DNA from: Myxococcota bacterium
Lineage (GTDB): Bacteria; Myxococcota_A; UBA796; CAJQPC01
Reading direction: 5' to 3'
DNA: 64,000 nucleotides
NCBI GenBank assembly: GCA_036012755.1
Contig: DASCPX010000211.1
Span: forward strand, 1-64,000
Position 1 is the first letter of the stretch, and the number at the start of each line of letters is the position of its first letter. Both the position numbers and the translations under genes were made by a program. The notes below the pieces were generated by a model. That model saw nothing but the letters and a program-made list of their open reading frames with translations, was not told the origin of the DNA and did not search any database. Shown in pieces: positions 49,319 through 59,250 of the stretch.

Positions 49319-49760
49319 CTACCCCTGGTCGCCCTTACCCGAGCCACCCTGCCCCTTGCCGCCGCCTTGGCCGCCGCCCTGCCCCTTGCCGCCGCCCTGC
49401 CCCTTGCCGCCGCCTTGACCGGCGCCCTGACCTTGACCGGCGCCCTGGCCGCCCTGACCTTGACCGGCGCCCTGGCCGCCCTGGCCGCCGCCTGCCTGGC
49501 CCTGTCCACTGCCCTGACCCTGCCCCCCGCTCGCCAGGCCCTGTCCACCGTCCTGGCCCATGCTCCCGCTCGTCTGGCCCTGTCCACCGCCCTGGCCCAT
49601 GCCAGCGCTCGCCTGGCTTCCGCTACCGGTCTGGCCGTCGGCGCCACCTTGTCCGCTCATGCCCTGGCCGCTCATGCCCTGGCCCTTGCCGCCCTGGCCC
49701 TTGCCGCCCTGGCCCTTGCCGCCCTGGCCTTCGCCCTGGCCCTTGCTGCCGGTCTGCGAG
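49319..49760 (-). repeat. Coding low-complexity GQG/GGKGQG tandem repeats
   Basis: Recurrent 15- and 18-bp units, e.g. GCCCTGGCCCTTGCC on the plus strand. Confidence 0.9.
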
Positions 49761-50671
49761 CCCGAGGTTCGGCTCATCCGGGTCATGGCGAGGTCAGTCG
49801 AAGTGTTCGAGGCGATCGCGTCCGTGTCCTCTGCGGTCGCTCCGAGGCGGTCGACCATCCGGGCGATCTGACCCTTCGAGAGAAGAGACAGCCAGTAGTC
49901 GTCAGGGAGCTTCTCGCAGGTCCCCACCAGGGCCTCGTATCGGGCGTACTGGCTCGACAGCAGGGTCTCGTCCGCGGCCGCGAGCAGATCGACGACCTCC
50001 TGCGGCGTGGTCTCCGCGGTCGGGTCGATGAGCTCCAGCGAGGACGTGAACAGTGCGAGCGCTGCGTCGGCTTCCAGGTTCACGCCCTGGATCGCGAAGC
50101 GCAGCGCCAGCACCGAGCGGCGGCGCTCCAGCTCCTGCTCCGGGTCCGGATCAGAGGAGACCCAGGGTGGAATGGAGTTCGAGCTGCGCTTCACCGAGAC
50201 GCTGCGCTCCTCGACGAGGGTCGTCGCCGGGTTCGCGAGGTCCCAGACGACTTCGCGTCCGGTCGGGCCAGCGGCCACCAGCACGGCCAGGATGTCCGCT
50301 CGGTCCCGCTCCAGAGACTCCCTCTCCTTGTCCTGCAGACGCCCCATCGCTGCGTCGCTCTGCTCCGATCGGCAGGACAAGGCCAACGCCGCCTGGAGAT
50401 CCGCCATCTGCTGTTCGAGCATTCGACCCTCGACGGCTCGGCGACCTTCGCGCTCCGCCAGGATCGCCTCCACCGTCGCGCTCGCCTCTGTGTCACCGAT
50501 GGCCTTGATGGCTATGTGCGCCTTCTCGAGGCCGCCCGCCTCGGACGTGGATGGAGTCGCGGTGGTCTCGGACGTGGTCTTGTCTCCGTCACGCTCGGTC
50601 CGGGTCGTCTCGGTGGTCGAGCCCGTCGAGGTGGTCTCGGGGTCGTTGCAGGCGAGGATGAGTAGGAGCAT
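49319..50671 (-). CDS. Lipoprotein with Thr/Ser linker, helical core and Gly/Gln-rich tail
   Basis: MLLLILAC start at 50671; C-terminal GQGGKGQG repeats. Confidence 0.8.
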   Translation of the reverse strand: MLLLILACNDPETTSTGSTTETTRTERDGDKTTSETTATPSTSEAGGLEKAHIAIKAIGDTEASATVEAILAEREGRRAVEGRMLEQQMADLQAALALSCRSEQSDAAMGRLQDKERESLERDRADILAVLVAAGPTGREVVWDLANPATTLVEERSVSVKRSSNSIPPWVSSDPDPEQELERRRSVLALRFAIQGVNLEADAALALFTSSLELIDPTAETTPQEVVDLLAAADETLLSSQYARYEALVGTCEKLPDDYWLSLLSKGQIARMVDRLGATAEDTDAIASNTSTDLAMTRMSRTSGSQTGSKGQGEGQGGKGQGGKGQGGKGQGMSGQGMSGQGGADGQTGSGSQASAGMGQGGGQGQTSGSMGQDGGQGLASGGQGQGSGQGQAGGGQGGQGAGQGQGGQGAGQGQGAGQGGGKGQGGGKGQGGGQGGGKGQGGSGKGDQG

Positions 50672-50757
50672 CGGATCTCTCGGTCGTGTGGGGCCTGGAT
50701 CAGTACATATTGCGGCTTGGAGGTGGTCGCTCGACTCGGCGGGATGGCGCCCCCCAT

Positions 50758-51390
50758 TCAGAGCCCGCCCATCGCATGCAGGGCGAGTCCCGGATCGATG
50801 ACGGCGGCCTCGCAGGCGAGCCGGGCGTCCCCGTAGGGAAAGACCTCGCACGCCGCGTACTCGAAGGGGAGCGCGCCGAGGGTCCAAGCCAGGTACCCGA
50901 CTCGGAAGCCGGTCTTGGCGTCGAAGGTCAGCGTGGGGTGAGCCGCGAGCAGGATGGCGAGATCCGTGTCCAGCGCTGGCAACTCCGTCCAGCGCCCCTC
51001 GCCCTGCTGGACCAGGTGGTCGATACAGGTCGCCTCCAGCACGCCGGCCTCCGCGCAGGTCGCGACCAGGTCATCCATCGGGGCCGAGTCGAGCTTCCGG
51101 TCGGCCACGGCCAGGACGCAGGAGCCTCGCAGGGTCGCGCTCTCGATCGCCGAGCAGTCTCCAGTGTCGTCGCCGGCTTCAGGGTGGCGCATCGTAGCGA
51201 GCCAGCATCGATCCGAGAGCGAAGCGTCGGTCAGCGACGGGCAGAGCGCGCGAATCGCGTCGATGTCATCGCCCCGCTCGGTGTCCTCGAGCACGCAGGC
51301 CTCGTACGCCGAGCGGCTGGGCGCCGCCTCGCAGTCCTCGTCGGCTCCGGGCAGGGCCGCGCACCCCAGGGCCAAGCTCAGTAGGGCCAC
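50758..51390 (-). CDS. Cys-rich helical-repeat lipoprotein (B)
   Basis: GTG 51390 MALLSLALGC overlaps the upstream stop; LCPSL..SDRCW, DCSAI..RGSCV, ACEVF..RLAC. Confidence 0.7.
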   Translation of the reverse strand: MALLSLALGCAALPGADEDCEAAPSRSAYEACVLEDTERGDDIDAIRALCPSLTDASLSDRCWLATMRHPEAGDDTGDCSAIESATLRGSCVLAVADRKLDSAPMDDLVATCAEAGVLEATCIDHLVQQGEGRWTELPALDTDLAILLAAHPTLTFDAKTGFRVGYLAWTLGALPFEYAACEVFPYGDARLACEAAVIDPGLALHAMGGL

Positions 51391-51683
51391 AGGTGAGGTC
51401 TCCCGAAGAGCCGGAGGCAGGCATCGGCCCCAGAGCTGTCGAGGCTCTCGCACAGCGACATGGCCTTGACTGCGTCCATCCGGAGTGGTGCCTCCTGGAT
51501 GACCCCCTTGGTGGCGGCGCTCGCGATGGCCCGATCCGCGATGGCGTCGAGATGCTCGGTTGCTCGGTCGAGGTCGTCGGCCTTTGCCGCGCTGAGCGCC
51601 TCCTCGAAGTGGCACCAGTCGCGCTCGATTCTCGTCTCCAAGGAGGGACAGTAGTCCGTGCAGGCCAGCAGCAGGAGCGTCAT
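51378..51683 (-). CDS. Small Cys-rich lipoprotein with RPHLW motif (copy B)
   Basis: MTLLLLAC; ERDWC, LCESL, CLRLFGRPHLW. Confidence 0.78.
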   Translation of the reverse strand: MTLLLLACTDYCPSLETRIERDWCHFEEALSAAKADDLDRATEHLDAIADRAIASAATKGVIQEAPLRMDAVKAMSLCESLDSSGADACLRLFGRPHLWPY

Positions 51684-51724
51684 CGGGCAGCACGATAGCG
51701 CGTGCCGCGGTTAGGCTCGCCGGC

Positions 51725-53833
51725 ATGTCTCCACGGTCCTCCCCCCGGCTACGCCTGGTGCTCGTCGGTGGGCCCAGGCTCGTGCCAGCTGAGGTTGCTC
51801 GCCGTGAGTGGGGTGCGGATCCAGCCTCCGAGGACGAGGTGGCTGCCGTCCTGCGGAGCCGCCCGGGCTCCTCGGTCTTCCTGGAGCATCCTCCCGGGAG
51901 CGCTTGGCTCGAGCGTCCGGAAGCGCGGATCCTCCGGCTCATCGAGAGCCTCGACGATGCCATCGGCACCCTCGTCTGCTGTGTCCCGGCCTTGCCGGAC
52001 CGCTTCGTCGATCCGGACCCGGTCGCGAGGCCGCTCCTCCAGCGCGCCGACGAGGTCTGGTTCTGGGAACGGGAGCTCACCCCGCCTTCCAGCGCGAGCT
52101 CCCCGGTGCTCTGCTTGTTGGAGAGCGGCTCATCCACATGGTCTCGAGCGTCGCAGGCTGGTCTCAGCCGCATCACGGCCGCTCTTGGTGGCGCGGCCCT
52201 GTTGCTGTTGGTGATGCTTGTCTGCTGGCGCGCGTGGTTGGGAACAGACTCGCTGGTGCTGGGCGACTCCAGCCAGGGGCTGCTCTCCGCCTTGTTCTTG
52301 AGCGACCACGTCGCTCGGGCGCTCGCTGGTGATGGGCCGCTGTTGTTCATCGAGCGGCTCTACTGGCCCCGCGGGGCCTGGCTTCCGGTCATAGGCGGAG
52401 GCGTGATTCCCTACGTGGTCGCCGGGTTGTTGCAGTGCGTGGCTGGGACGCCGGACCACTGGAACGGCTTCGTGATCCTGTCACTGTGGCTCAACGGTCT
52501 CTCGATGGCCTGGCTCGCGCGCCGACTCGGGGCCGACCGCCTGGGCGCGCTCGGAGTGGGAGCTGCCTGGGCGCTCGCCCCGCCGCTGTTGGACCAGGTC
52601 ACCGCGGGCGAACCCGAGTTCTTCTTCGCGTCGCTGCTCCCACTGGCTGTGGGTCTGTCGCTGGACGCGCTGGATGGACGCGCGCGCGGACATCGGGCGG
52701 GGGTGGCCCTCGCGCTCACGCTCGCCTGTGGGTGGATCCTGGGTGCTTGGACAGCTGGTGTCGTGCTGCTGCTCGCGGTCCACCGGTGGTGGCGCTACCG
52801 CCACGGGCGTCGCCGACTCTGGCGAATCTTCGGGACCATGCTTCGCTGGGGCGCGCTGGGGCTGTTGCCGGGGATCCCGGTCATGGCGCAGCTGGTGCGC
52901 GGGGACATGCTGCACGGCAGCTCCGGTGTACTGCCTCATGAGCTCGGCGATGGCTGGAGGGCCAGACTGGTCGTGGACGCGCTGGCGCAGCACAGCTGGC
53001 GTCCGGATGACCCGGGCAGCTTCGTCCTCGTCGGTCTGATGGCCCTGACCTTGCTCGCAGCATGGACGCTGACCCCACGCCGGGCGGTCTTTCCGATGGT
53101 CCTGGCGCTCGGGGCTGGAGTCCTCGCTCTCGGGCCGTGGCTGGAGCCAGACCTCCTCTTCGACCACGACTGGCGGGTGCTTCCGCACGCATTCGCCTGG
53201 AGGCTCCCCTTGGTCTCGGTCGTGGGACCCCCTGAGCGATTCGGCATCCTCGCCGTGCTCGGTGCATGCCTCGCGGCTGCCCCCATGCTCGGGGAGCTGC
53301 GTCGCCGGGCTCCCCGCATCGGCGGAGCGGCAGCGCCGATCGCTGCCATGTGCCTGGCGTCCGTCACCGCGCTCCGGGGCGGCATCCCTGCGACATCGTT
53401 GGATGTGTCCAACTTCTGGGAAGGCCTCTCACCAGAGGCTGGAGCGGTGCTGCGGCTTCCGATGGGGGTGAGCGGAGACAACCTCTACCCGGCGATGGTC
53501 CATGGCCTCACCCTGGTCGGCGGGCCTGGTGAGAGCGCCGCCGTCCTCGACCAGACTCCCTACTGGCGCACTCTCACGGAGGTCCCCGGTCTCGCTCCCT
53601 TCGTCGACCCCGAGCTCGGCTATGCCCCAGGGGTGGATGAGCTCCGGGCCGCCCGCGAGGCGGGCCTGGCCTACGTCGTCATGGACGTCGAGCTCATCCA
53701 CGTCATCTCGCAGGGAGACCGCCCCGACTCTGACGAGCTGGCTCGTCTTCCGATGTTGGTGGATCTCGCCTTCGACCAGCCGATCATGTCCGGTGGTCCC
53801 GTCCAGGTCTATCGGCTTCCCAGCTCCGAGTGA
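51725..53833 (+). CDS. Polytopic GT-C-like membrane protein, paralog 2, with an extra N-terminal soluble domain of about 140 aa
   Basis: YWPRG, LALGPW, PERF, GAVLRLP, MVHGL, GLAYVV. Confidence 0.75.
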   Translation: MSPRSSPRLRLVLVGGPRLVPAEVARREWGADPASEDEVAAVLRSRPGSSVFLEHPPGSAWLERPEARILRLIESLDDAIGTLVCCVPALPDRFVDPDPVARPLLQRADEVWFWERELTPPSSASSPVLCLLESGSSTWSRASQAGLSRITAALGGAALLLLVMLVCWRAWLGTDSLVLGDSSQGLLSALFLSDHVARALAGDGPLLFIERLYWPRGAWLPVIGGGVIPYVVAGLLQCVAGTPDHWNGFVILSLWLNGLSMAWLARRLGADRLGALGVGAAWALAPPLLDQVTAGEPEFFFASLLPLAVGLSLDALDGRARGHRAGVALALTLACGWILGAWTAGVVLLLAVHRWWRYRHGRRRLWRIFGTMLRWGALGLLPGIPVMAQLVRGDMLHGSSGVLPHELGDGWRARLVVDALAQHSWRPDDPGSFVLVGLMALTLLAAWTLTPRRAVFPMVLALGAGVLALGPWLEPDLLFDHDWRVLPHAFAWRLPLVSVVGPPERFGILAVLGACLAAAPMLGELRRRAPRIGGAAAPIAAMCLASVTALRGGIPATSLDVSNFWEGLSPEAGAVLRLPMGVSGDNLYPAMVHGLTLVGGPGESAAVLDQTPYWRTLTEVPGLAPFVDPELGYAPGVDELRAAREAGLAYVVMDVELIHVISQGDRPDSDELARLPMLVDLAFDQPIMSGGPVQVYRLPSSE

Positions 53834-54351
53834 GCCCTCGCGAGGGCGGAGCGCACCAGCGCCGCTCCTAGCAGGACGAGGAGCACTGCCCCCCAGGCCA
53901 GGTAGAGCGAGGTCGCCGAGATCCCTACGTCCTCGGCGGCCCGCGCTGCGAGTCCGGACCCGGTCCTCCTCTGTGGACCGAGCTGGGCGGGGGTGACGAT
54001 GCGCTCCATCGCCCAGCCTCCGTCCTCGGGGCGGACCCGGAAGGTCACCACGTAGGTGGTGTCCTGGAGCATGGGTGTGCCGACGCTCTCCTGGTGGAAC
54101 ACGGGGACACTGTCGATCGTGCCCTGGATGGTCAATGTGCTGATCCGCTGCGTCGGACGCACCAGTCCGAACCACTCCCCGTCGTTCGGACGATCCCACT
54201 GGATGCTGCCGTCATCGACCAGGACGCTCGGCTGGCTGAGGTCGACCTGGGCGGTCATGACGATCCGCTCGGCGTTCTGGGGAAGCAGGAGGCTCACGCC
54301 GACCCAGTTGTCCTGGGCGCTCGCCAGCGCGCACATCAGCAGCAAGCTCAC
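53809..54351 (-). CDS. Exported protein with choice-of-anchor-X-like motif and C-terminal TM
   Basis: GTGA coupling; MSLLLMCALASA; LVDDGSIQWDRPNDGEW; C-terminal LYLAWGAVLLVLLG. Confidence 0.65.
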   Translation of the reverse strand: MSLLLMCALASAQDNWVGVSLLLPQNAERIVMTAQVDLSQPSVLVDDGSIQWDRPNDGEWFGLVRPTQRISTLTIQGTIDSVPVFHQESVGTPMLQDTTYVVTFRVRPEDGGWAMERIVTPAQLGPQRRTGSGLAARAAEDVGISATSLYLAWGAVLLVLLGAALVRSALARAHSELGSR

Positions 54352-56057
54352 GAGGCGTCCATCCACATGCGCAGTTGCTCCTGGGCGTCCTCGGCCGGCA
54401 TCGCCTCTATGAACTTGGGTAGAACGAAGACCTCGACATCGTCGGCGTCGTCCGGAGCGTAGATCAGCACGAGCCGTGTTCGCAGCGCGGCCCGAAGTTG
54501 TAGTGCGTCGGCCTCGACGAAGCTCCCGGGATGGAGCACGACGTCGCTGACTCCGAGGCCCTTCATGAGAGAGAGGAGCTCGGTGATGCGTTCCTCCTGC
54601 TCGTCGAAGAGTGCGAGCGCCAGCCGCTTCGAGAGGACGCTCTGAGCGTCGCCAGCGCGCGTGAAGTCCGCCAGGGAAGGCTGGCCGTGCTCGACCTGGT
54701 AGTAGGCGGAGAGTCCGGCGTACTTGAGCAGCATCCGATCGTGGCCCCAGAGGTCCAGCACAGCGCCCCGTCTGCTGAGGTGGTCGTAGCCGACTGGCAC
54801 GGCTGCTGGCGTCACGGTGTGATCGATCGTCGACCCGGTCATCACGAGGGCGTCGACGCCGACGAGCGCGAGCAGCAAGAACCGCCAGGTGCGCGGGAGT
54901 CCCTCGCGGCGAAGCTGCTCCAACAACAGCGCCGTCAGCGCCCCCAGCCCCAGCGAGCTGACGAGCAGGAAGCGGATCGGCATGCGGTAGGCGAGCCAGG
55001 CGCGGGAGACCCAGGCCAGCCACGCGTAGGGCATCGTGATGCTCCCCGAGCTCTGGTCGTCGAAGCGCAGCATCGGCCCGAGCGCCAGGACGGTCGCCGT
55101 GAGGGCGATCGACAGCCACGGCAGAACCCGGCGCCTCGGCACGCAGACCAGCGCGGCGCAACCAAAGAGCAGCGGAGCCAGCCCGATGTAGGTGACTCGG
55201 CCCTGCCGCAAGTGGGCCGTCGCCGGGTAGGGAGCGAACAGCCCGCTCACGCTGGCGCTGTCCATGGCGACGTTGGCGAGCACGTCGTGGCCGCTGGGAA
55301 AGCGGCTCTCCAGCGCAGCCTCGAGCCCCGAACCGACCATCCATGCGACCGGTGCCGCGACGAGGACAGCGACGAGGATCGCGACCACCCCGGGCTTCAG
55401 CGCTCCTCGTCCGTGGATGAGCAGCGCCGAGATGCCGATGCAAGTACCGATCACAGCGCCGTCGATGGCAAAGTAGCCAGAGGACCAGGCCAGGAGTCCG
55501 AGAGCTACGCCGGCGAGGGCGCCACGACGCAGGCTGGTTCGTTCGACCGCCTGGAGCAGCAGACCCGCGAACAGGGGCAGGAGGAAGGCCGCCAGCAGGT
55601 AGATCTCGCCCTCGATGCGCGCGTTGAGCATCGCGGAGTTGAAGGCGCACGTCAGCGCGCAAGCCATCGCCGCCAGGGGACCGGTCCCCAGCGCCCTTCG
55701 GGCCAGCCACCAACCGGCCAGCCCGGTTCCCGTGATGGAGAGCAGACCGAAGGCGTTGAAGGCGGCCGAAGCGCTCAGGCCCAGCCGCAGGACCGGGAAG
55801 AGCAGCCCATACAGGAACGAGTCGGCGAGTCTCAGGTCGAGGCCGAAGGGGCTCGCCACCAAGTCCGAGTCGAGCCAGGCCTCGTCACCCAGGAAGGCGC
55901 GGCAGAAGTGTTCGCCGAGCCAGACCGTGCCGTAGCCATCGAAGCGGGTGGGCGACATCAACAGCTGGCTCGAGATGTCGGTCGCCAGCGGCCAGGTCGC
56001 CACCACCGCTAGCGCGAGGATCGTCATGAAGACGCCGATGGGCTCGAGGCGAATCAT
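54348..56057 (-). CDS. Polytopic GT-C-like membrane protein, paralog 3
   Basis: TWPL, FDGYGTVW, SPFG, YIG, LALGP, YRMPIRF, GAVLDLW, YYQVEHGQP. Confidence 0.82.
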   Translation of the reverse strand: MIRLEPIGVFMTILALAVVATWPLATDISSQLLMSPTRFDGYGTVWLGEHFCRAFLGDEAWLDSDLVASPFGLDLRLADSFLYGLLFPVLRLGLSASAAFNAFGLLSITGTGLAGWWLARRALGTGPLAAMACALTCAFNSAMLNARIEGEIYLLAAFLLPLFAGLLLQAVERTSLRRGALAGVALGLLAWSSGYFAIDGAVIGTCIGISALLIHGRGALKPGVVAILVAVLVAAPVAWMVGSGLEAALESRFPSGHDVLANVAMDSASVSGLFAPYPATAHLRQGRVTYIGLAPLLFGCAALVCVPRRRVLPWLSIALTATVLALGPMLRFDDQSSGSITMPYAWLAWVSRAWLAYRMPIRFLLVSSLGLGALTALLLEQLRREGLPRTWRFLLLALVGVDALVMTGSTIDHTVTPAAVPVGYDHLSRRGAVLDLWGHDRMLLKYAGLSAYYQVEHGQPSLADFTRAGDAQSVLSKRLALALFDEQEERITELLSLMKGLGVSDVVLHPGSFVEADALQLRAALRTRLVLIYAPDDADDVEVFVLPKFIEAMPAEDAQEQLRMWMDAS

Positions 56058-56113
56058 CGGCGCTGCCCCTAACCGGCTGGCGATGCACGTCCGTCCCTGG
56101 ATAGGGGCAGGGC

Positions 56114-57526
56114 GTGCTGCTCCTCCTGCTCTGCTGTCTCCCCGCGCCCCCGAACGAGCCCAAGGCAGATCCGATGGAGTGGCGGGGACCGGAGCCCGCC
56201 GTCGTAGTCGAGGTCGACGGCGAGGCGAGGGCAGTCCAGGGAACGTCCACCGCCACCCTTCGGCTCACAGGCGATGTCGAGCGCCTGCAGATGTTCGGCA
56301 TCGGCTCCTCATCGCTCACCCGGGCATCTGGCCGCGACGTCCCTGGTCCCCTGGCGCCCAGGACCTGTCCGCCGAGCAGCAAGGAGACCGGTGCCCGCCT
56401 GGAGTTCTTCGTCTCCGGCGCGCGCGGCGAGGACGCCTACGACTTCCGCTTCCTTGCCACCGACGAGCCGTTGACCGAGGGATCCTGCATTCCACTGATC
56501 CGAAGGGGCGTCACCTGGCCGCTCACCATCCTGGCGAAGGAGGGCGTCGAGACCGTCGAGCGGAAGATGGATGTCAGCTATAGCGGGCCGTCGATCGTGT
56601 CGCTCATGCACGACAAGTACCTCTTGTTGATGGTCCGAAAGCGCTCCATCGACGACCGCGGACTCGCGGAGCTTCGCCCTCACGACTCTCTGGGCGACAT
56701 CGTGGGCTGGGTCTCTTCGGACAGCAGCTTCCGCGAGGACGTGCACGGCCCGGTCCTCGTGGTCGATGACCTGAAGGCCAGACCTGACCTCGACGCCCGC
56801 GCCTGGCTCGGTGTTCCAGGCGGGGTCGCCCTGGACGAGGACATCTACGTCTACTACGCCACCGTCTTCCCCGAGGAGACCTTCGTGGACGAGCGGCCGG
56901 CGGCGGCGGCTCGCCCGGGCGCCTCCGTCCGCCACATCCAGCTCGAGGATCTTTCCGCCCTCTTCGACAAGGAGCCCAAGCCGGAGTCTGCCTGGGGTCG
57001 CCGAACTGGGCTGCCCGGGAAGGAGCTGGGGCTGGTCCGAATATGGGCGACGGTGCCCGGGGGCGCGGAGGAGCGCGAGGTCCAGCCGATGGAGGCGCTC
57101 TACCCAGACTGGAGGGTCGCGGATCCACAGCCGGCCTCCTGCCGTGAAGGCGTGCAGCTGTACTTTGCGAACGTGCCCGACAGCGCCCGCGAGTCGGAGG
57201 CCACGCAGGGAGGCTGGGGGCTGTGGCGCGCCAGCTCGTTCCCGGACAACGTGGTGTTGAAGACCCCGAGTGGACCCTATCGCACGGTATTCGGCCGCGA
57301 CTTCGTCGTGCGGGTGGACGCCGATCGTGGGACGCCAGACTACGTTCAACCCGATGCGGCCTCGTCCGGTCGCGTGTTCGTCGACCCTGATCCGGTGAGG
57401 GTCTCGGACGGTCGCTGGCTGGTCTATGCCGGCAGCCTCGACGCCACTGCGCTCTGGCGCTTCGAGGGCTCGCATGAGCTCGGCTGCCGGAGCTGGAGGT
57501 CGGCCTGGGTCGCGGCGAAGGACTGA
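56114..57526 (+). CDS. Putative lipoprotein with beta-propeller-like C-terminal region
   Basis: MLLLLLCC; blade-like motifs GVPGGV..IYVYY, VADPQP..QLYF, FVDPDPVRVSDGRWLVY. Confidence 0.7.
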   Translation: MLLLLLCCLPAPPNEPKADPMEWRGPEPAVVVEVDGEARAVQGTSTATLRLTGDVERLQMFGIGSSSLTRASGRDVPGPLAPRTCPPSSKETGARLEFFVSGARGEDAYDFRFLATDEPLTEGSCIPLIRRGVTWPLTILAKEGVETVERKMDVSYSGPSIVSLMHDKYLLLMVRKRSIDDRGLAELRPHDSLGDIVGWVSSDSSFREDVHGPVLVVDDLKARPDLDARAWLGVPGGVALDEDIYVYYATVFPEETFVDERPAAAARPGASVRHIQLEDLSALFDKEPKPESAWGRRTGLPGKELGLVRIWATVPGGAEEREVQPMEALYPDWRVADPQPASCREGVQLYFANVPDSARESEATQGGWGLWRASSFPDNVVLKTPSGPYRTVFGRDFVVRVDADRGTPDYVQPDAASSGRVFVDPDPVRVSDGRWLVYAGSLDATALWRFEGSHELGCRSWRSAWVAAKD

Positions 57527-59250
57527 GCGGCCTCATCGCGCCTGTCGGGGCGCTGACGCTGGTGATCCTGGCCTTCGCAGGCGTGCTGCCCGACCCGGGC
57601 GGGCGTTTCGTCGGAGAGGCCGGGACGGATCTCTGGGGCACCCAGTGGTTCTACTGGAGGGTCGGGGCGCGGGTCCTGGATGGAGAGCCCTTCGCTCACA
57701 CGAACCTGCTCTTCTACCCCTGGGGCAAGGAGGTCTACCTCCACACGGGCGGAAACGTCCTCGACGCGGCGCTGGCCCTCCCGGTGCGTTTCGCGGTCGG
57801 ACCCGTCCTTGGCTACGACCTGTTCGCGTTGGGTGTGCTGCTGGTCAACGGGCTGGCGACTGCGCTCCTGGCGCGGCGTCTGGGGGCGAGCGCTGGCGCC
57901 TCCGGCGTGGCGGCGCTCATTGGCGCTTTCAACCCCTTCACCCTCGGCGAGCTGGCGGGCGGTCGCCCTACCCAGGCCTTGATCGCCTTCGCTGTGATGG
58001 CGGTCTCTGCCTTTCTCAGCCTGGATGAACGAGCGAGCTGGAGGCGTGGCCTCGAAGGCGGCGTCTGGCTGGTGCTCGCCGGTCTGACCTACTGGTATGC
58101 GGCGATCTTCGTCGTCCTCGTCCTCGCGGCTGCGCTCCCGGCCGCGCTGCTCCGCGCTCGGCGGCGGGATGAGCTGGGCGCGCTGTGCGGTGCCGTCGCC
58201 CTCGGCCTCGGCGCCTCGCTGGTCCTCGTGCTCCCGCTGGCGTGGCCGATGCTGGGGCGGCTCACCTCAGGAGAGGTCCCGGGCCTCCTGCCCGTGGACG
58301 ACTGGACGCTCGCGGGCTGGTCGCCTGTGACCGTCGAGGGGCTGGAGATTGGATTGGAGGCGCTCCACCCTCGCGGGACCGGGGTGGTGCTCCACTGGGA
58401 GACGGACGCGGGGCTCAGCGTCGTTCCTGAGCGAGTCGGTCTGTTCTGGACGGAGGTGGTGTTGCTCGCGGGGCTCGTGCTCAGTCGCCGCCGAGCCATG
58501 TTCCTGCCGATGCTCGGCGCGGCCTGGATCCTGGCCACGGGCCCCCAGCTGCCGCTCTTCGATGTGGTCGACCCGATCTACGTCGGTCTGGCTCGGGTGC
58601 TGCCCCCCCTGGAGCGGCTGTGGTGGCCCGCTCGTGCGCTGTTCCTCGTTCATCTGCTCGCTGCCGTCGGGGCGGCGGCGCTGTGGCGCAGGGCGGGGCG
58701 TTGGCGAGGGGCGCTGGGGCTCCTCGTGGTGGCGGGCCTCGGCTTCGAGGCCCGGGCCGCCGGCTGGTTGCCCCTCCCCACGGCCCCCGCGGATGTGCCC
58801 GGACTTCACCGATGCCTCGCAGGAGGCGACGGCGCCCTGCTCGAGGTCCCCCTCGATGGCGAGCCCAGGCGGCTCCACTACCAGGCGGTGCATGGGCGGC
58901 CGCTGCTCGTGGGCATGATCGACAACAACCCGGTCCTGGCCCCCGCCGAGCACCGCGCTTTCCGGGAGCAGTCGAAGCTGCTCGGCGCCCTGGAGGCCCT
59001 CGACGGGCGCGCTCTCGACGTGGGGGCAGACCGCGCCGAGCTGGTCGAGCTCGGTTTCGAGTACGTGCTCGTGTATGTCCCCGAGACTCTCTCCCTGACC
59101 GAGGCCGCCCCGGAGGCTGCGCTGCAGCGGGAGCGGCGCCGCGTTCGCGCTGCCCTCGACGCGCTGCTCGGTCGGCCGGTCTACGATGCCGAGGACATGC
59201 TTCTGTACCCCTTGGCGGAGTCGGGGGACCCATGCGAGGGGCGATCGTGA
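57523..59250 (+). CDS. Polytopic GT-C-like membrane protein, paralog 4 (start CTG 57523 or GTG 57562)
   Basis: DLWGTQWFYW, PWGKE..HTGGNVLDA, GRPTQA, WWPARA, GALLEVP, YQAVHGRPL; closest to paralog 1. Confidence 0.82.
   Translation: MSGLIAPVGALTLVILAFAGVLPDPGGRFVGEAGTDLWGTQWFYWRVGARVLDGEPFAHTNLLFYPWGKEVYLHTGGNVLDAALALPVRFAVGPVLGYDLFALGVLLVNGLATALLARRLGASAGASGVAALIGAFNPFTLGELAGGRPTQALIAFAVMAVSAFLSLDERASWRRGLEGGVWLVLAGLTYWYAAIFVVLVLAAALPAALLRARRRDELGALCGAVALGLGASLVLVLPLAWPMLGRLTSGEVPGLLPVDDWTLAGWSPVTVEGLEIGLEALHPRGTGVVLHWETDAGLSVVPERVGLFWTEVVLLAGLVLSRRRAMFLPMLGAAWILATGPQLPLFDVVDPIYVGLARVLPPLERLWWPARALFLVHLLAAVGAAALWRRAGRWRGALGLLVVAGLGFEARAAGWLPLPTAPADVPGLHRCLAGGDGALLEVPLDGEPRRLHYQAVHGRPLLVGMIDNNPVLAPAEHRAFREQSKLLGALEALDGRALDVGADRAELVELGFEYVLVYVPETLSLTEAAPEAALQRERRRVRAALDALLGRPVYDAEDMLLYPLAESGDPCEGRS

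Noticed and set aside
49319..49760. Tandem repeats as a CRISPR array
   Set aside because: Codon-phased Gly/Gln repeats without unique spacers; no cas genes or repeat-spacer array seen in the window.
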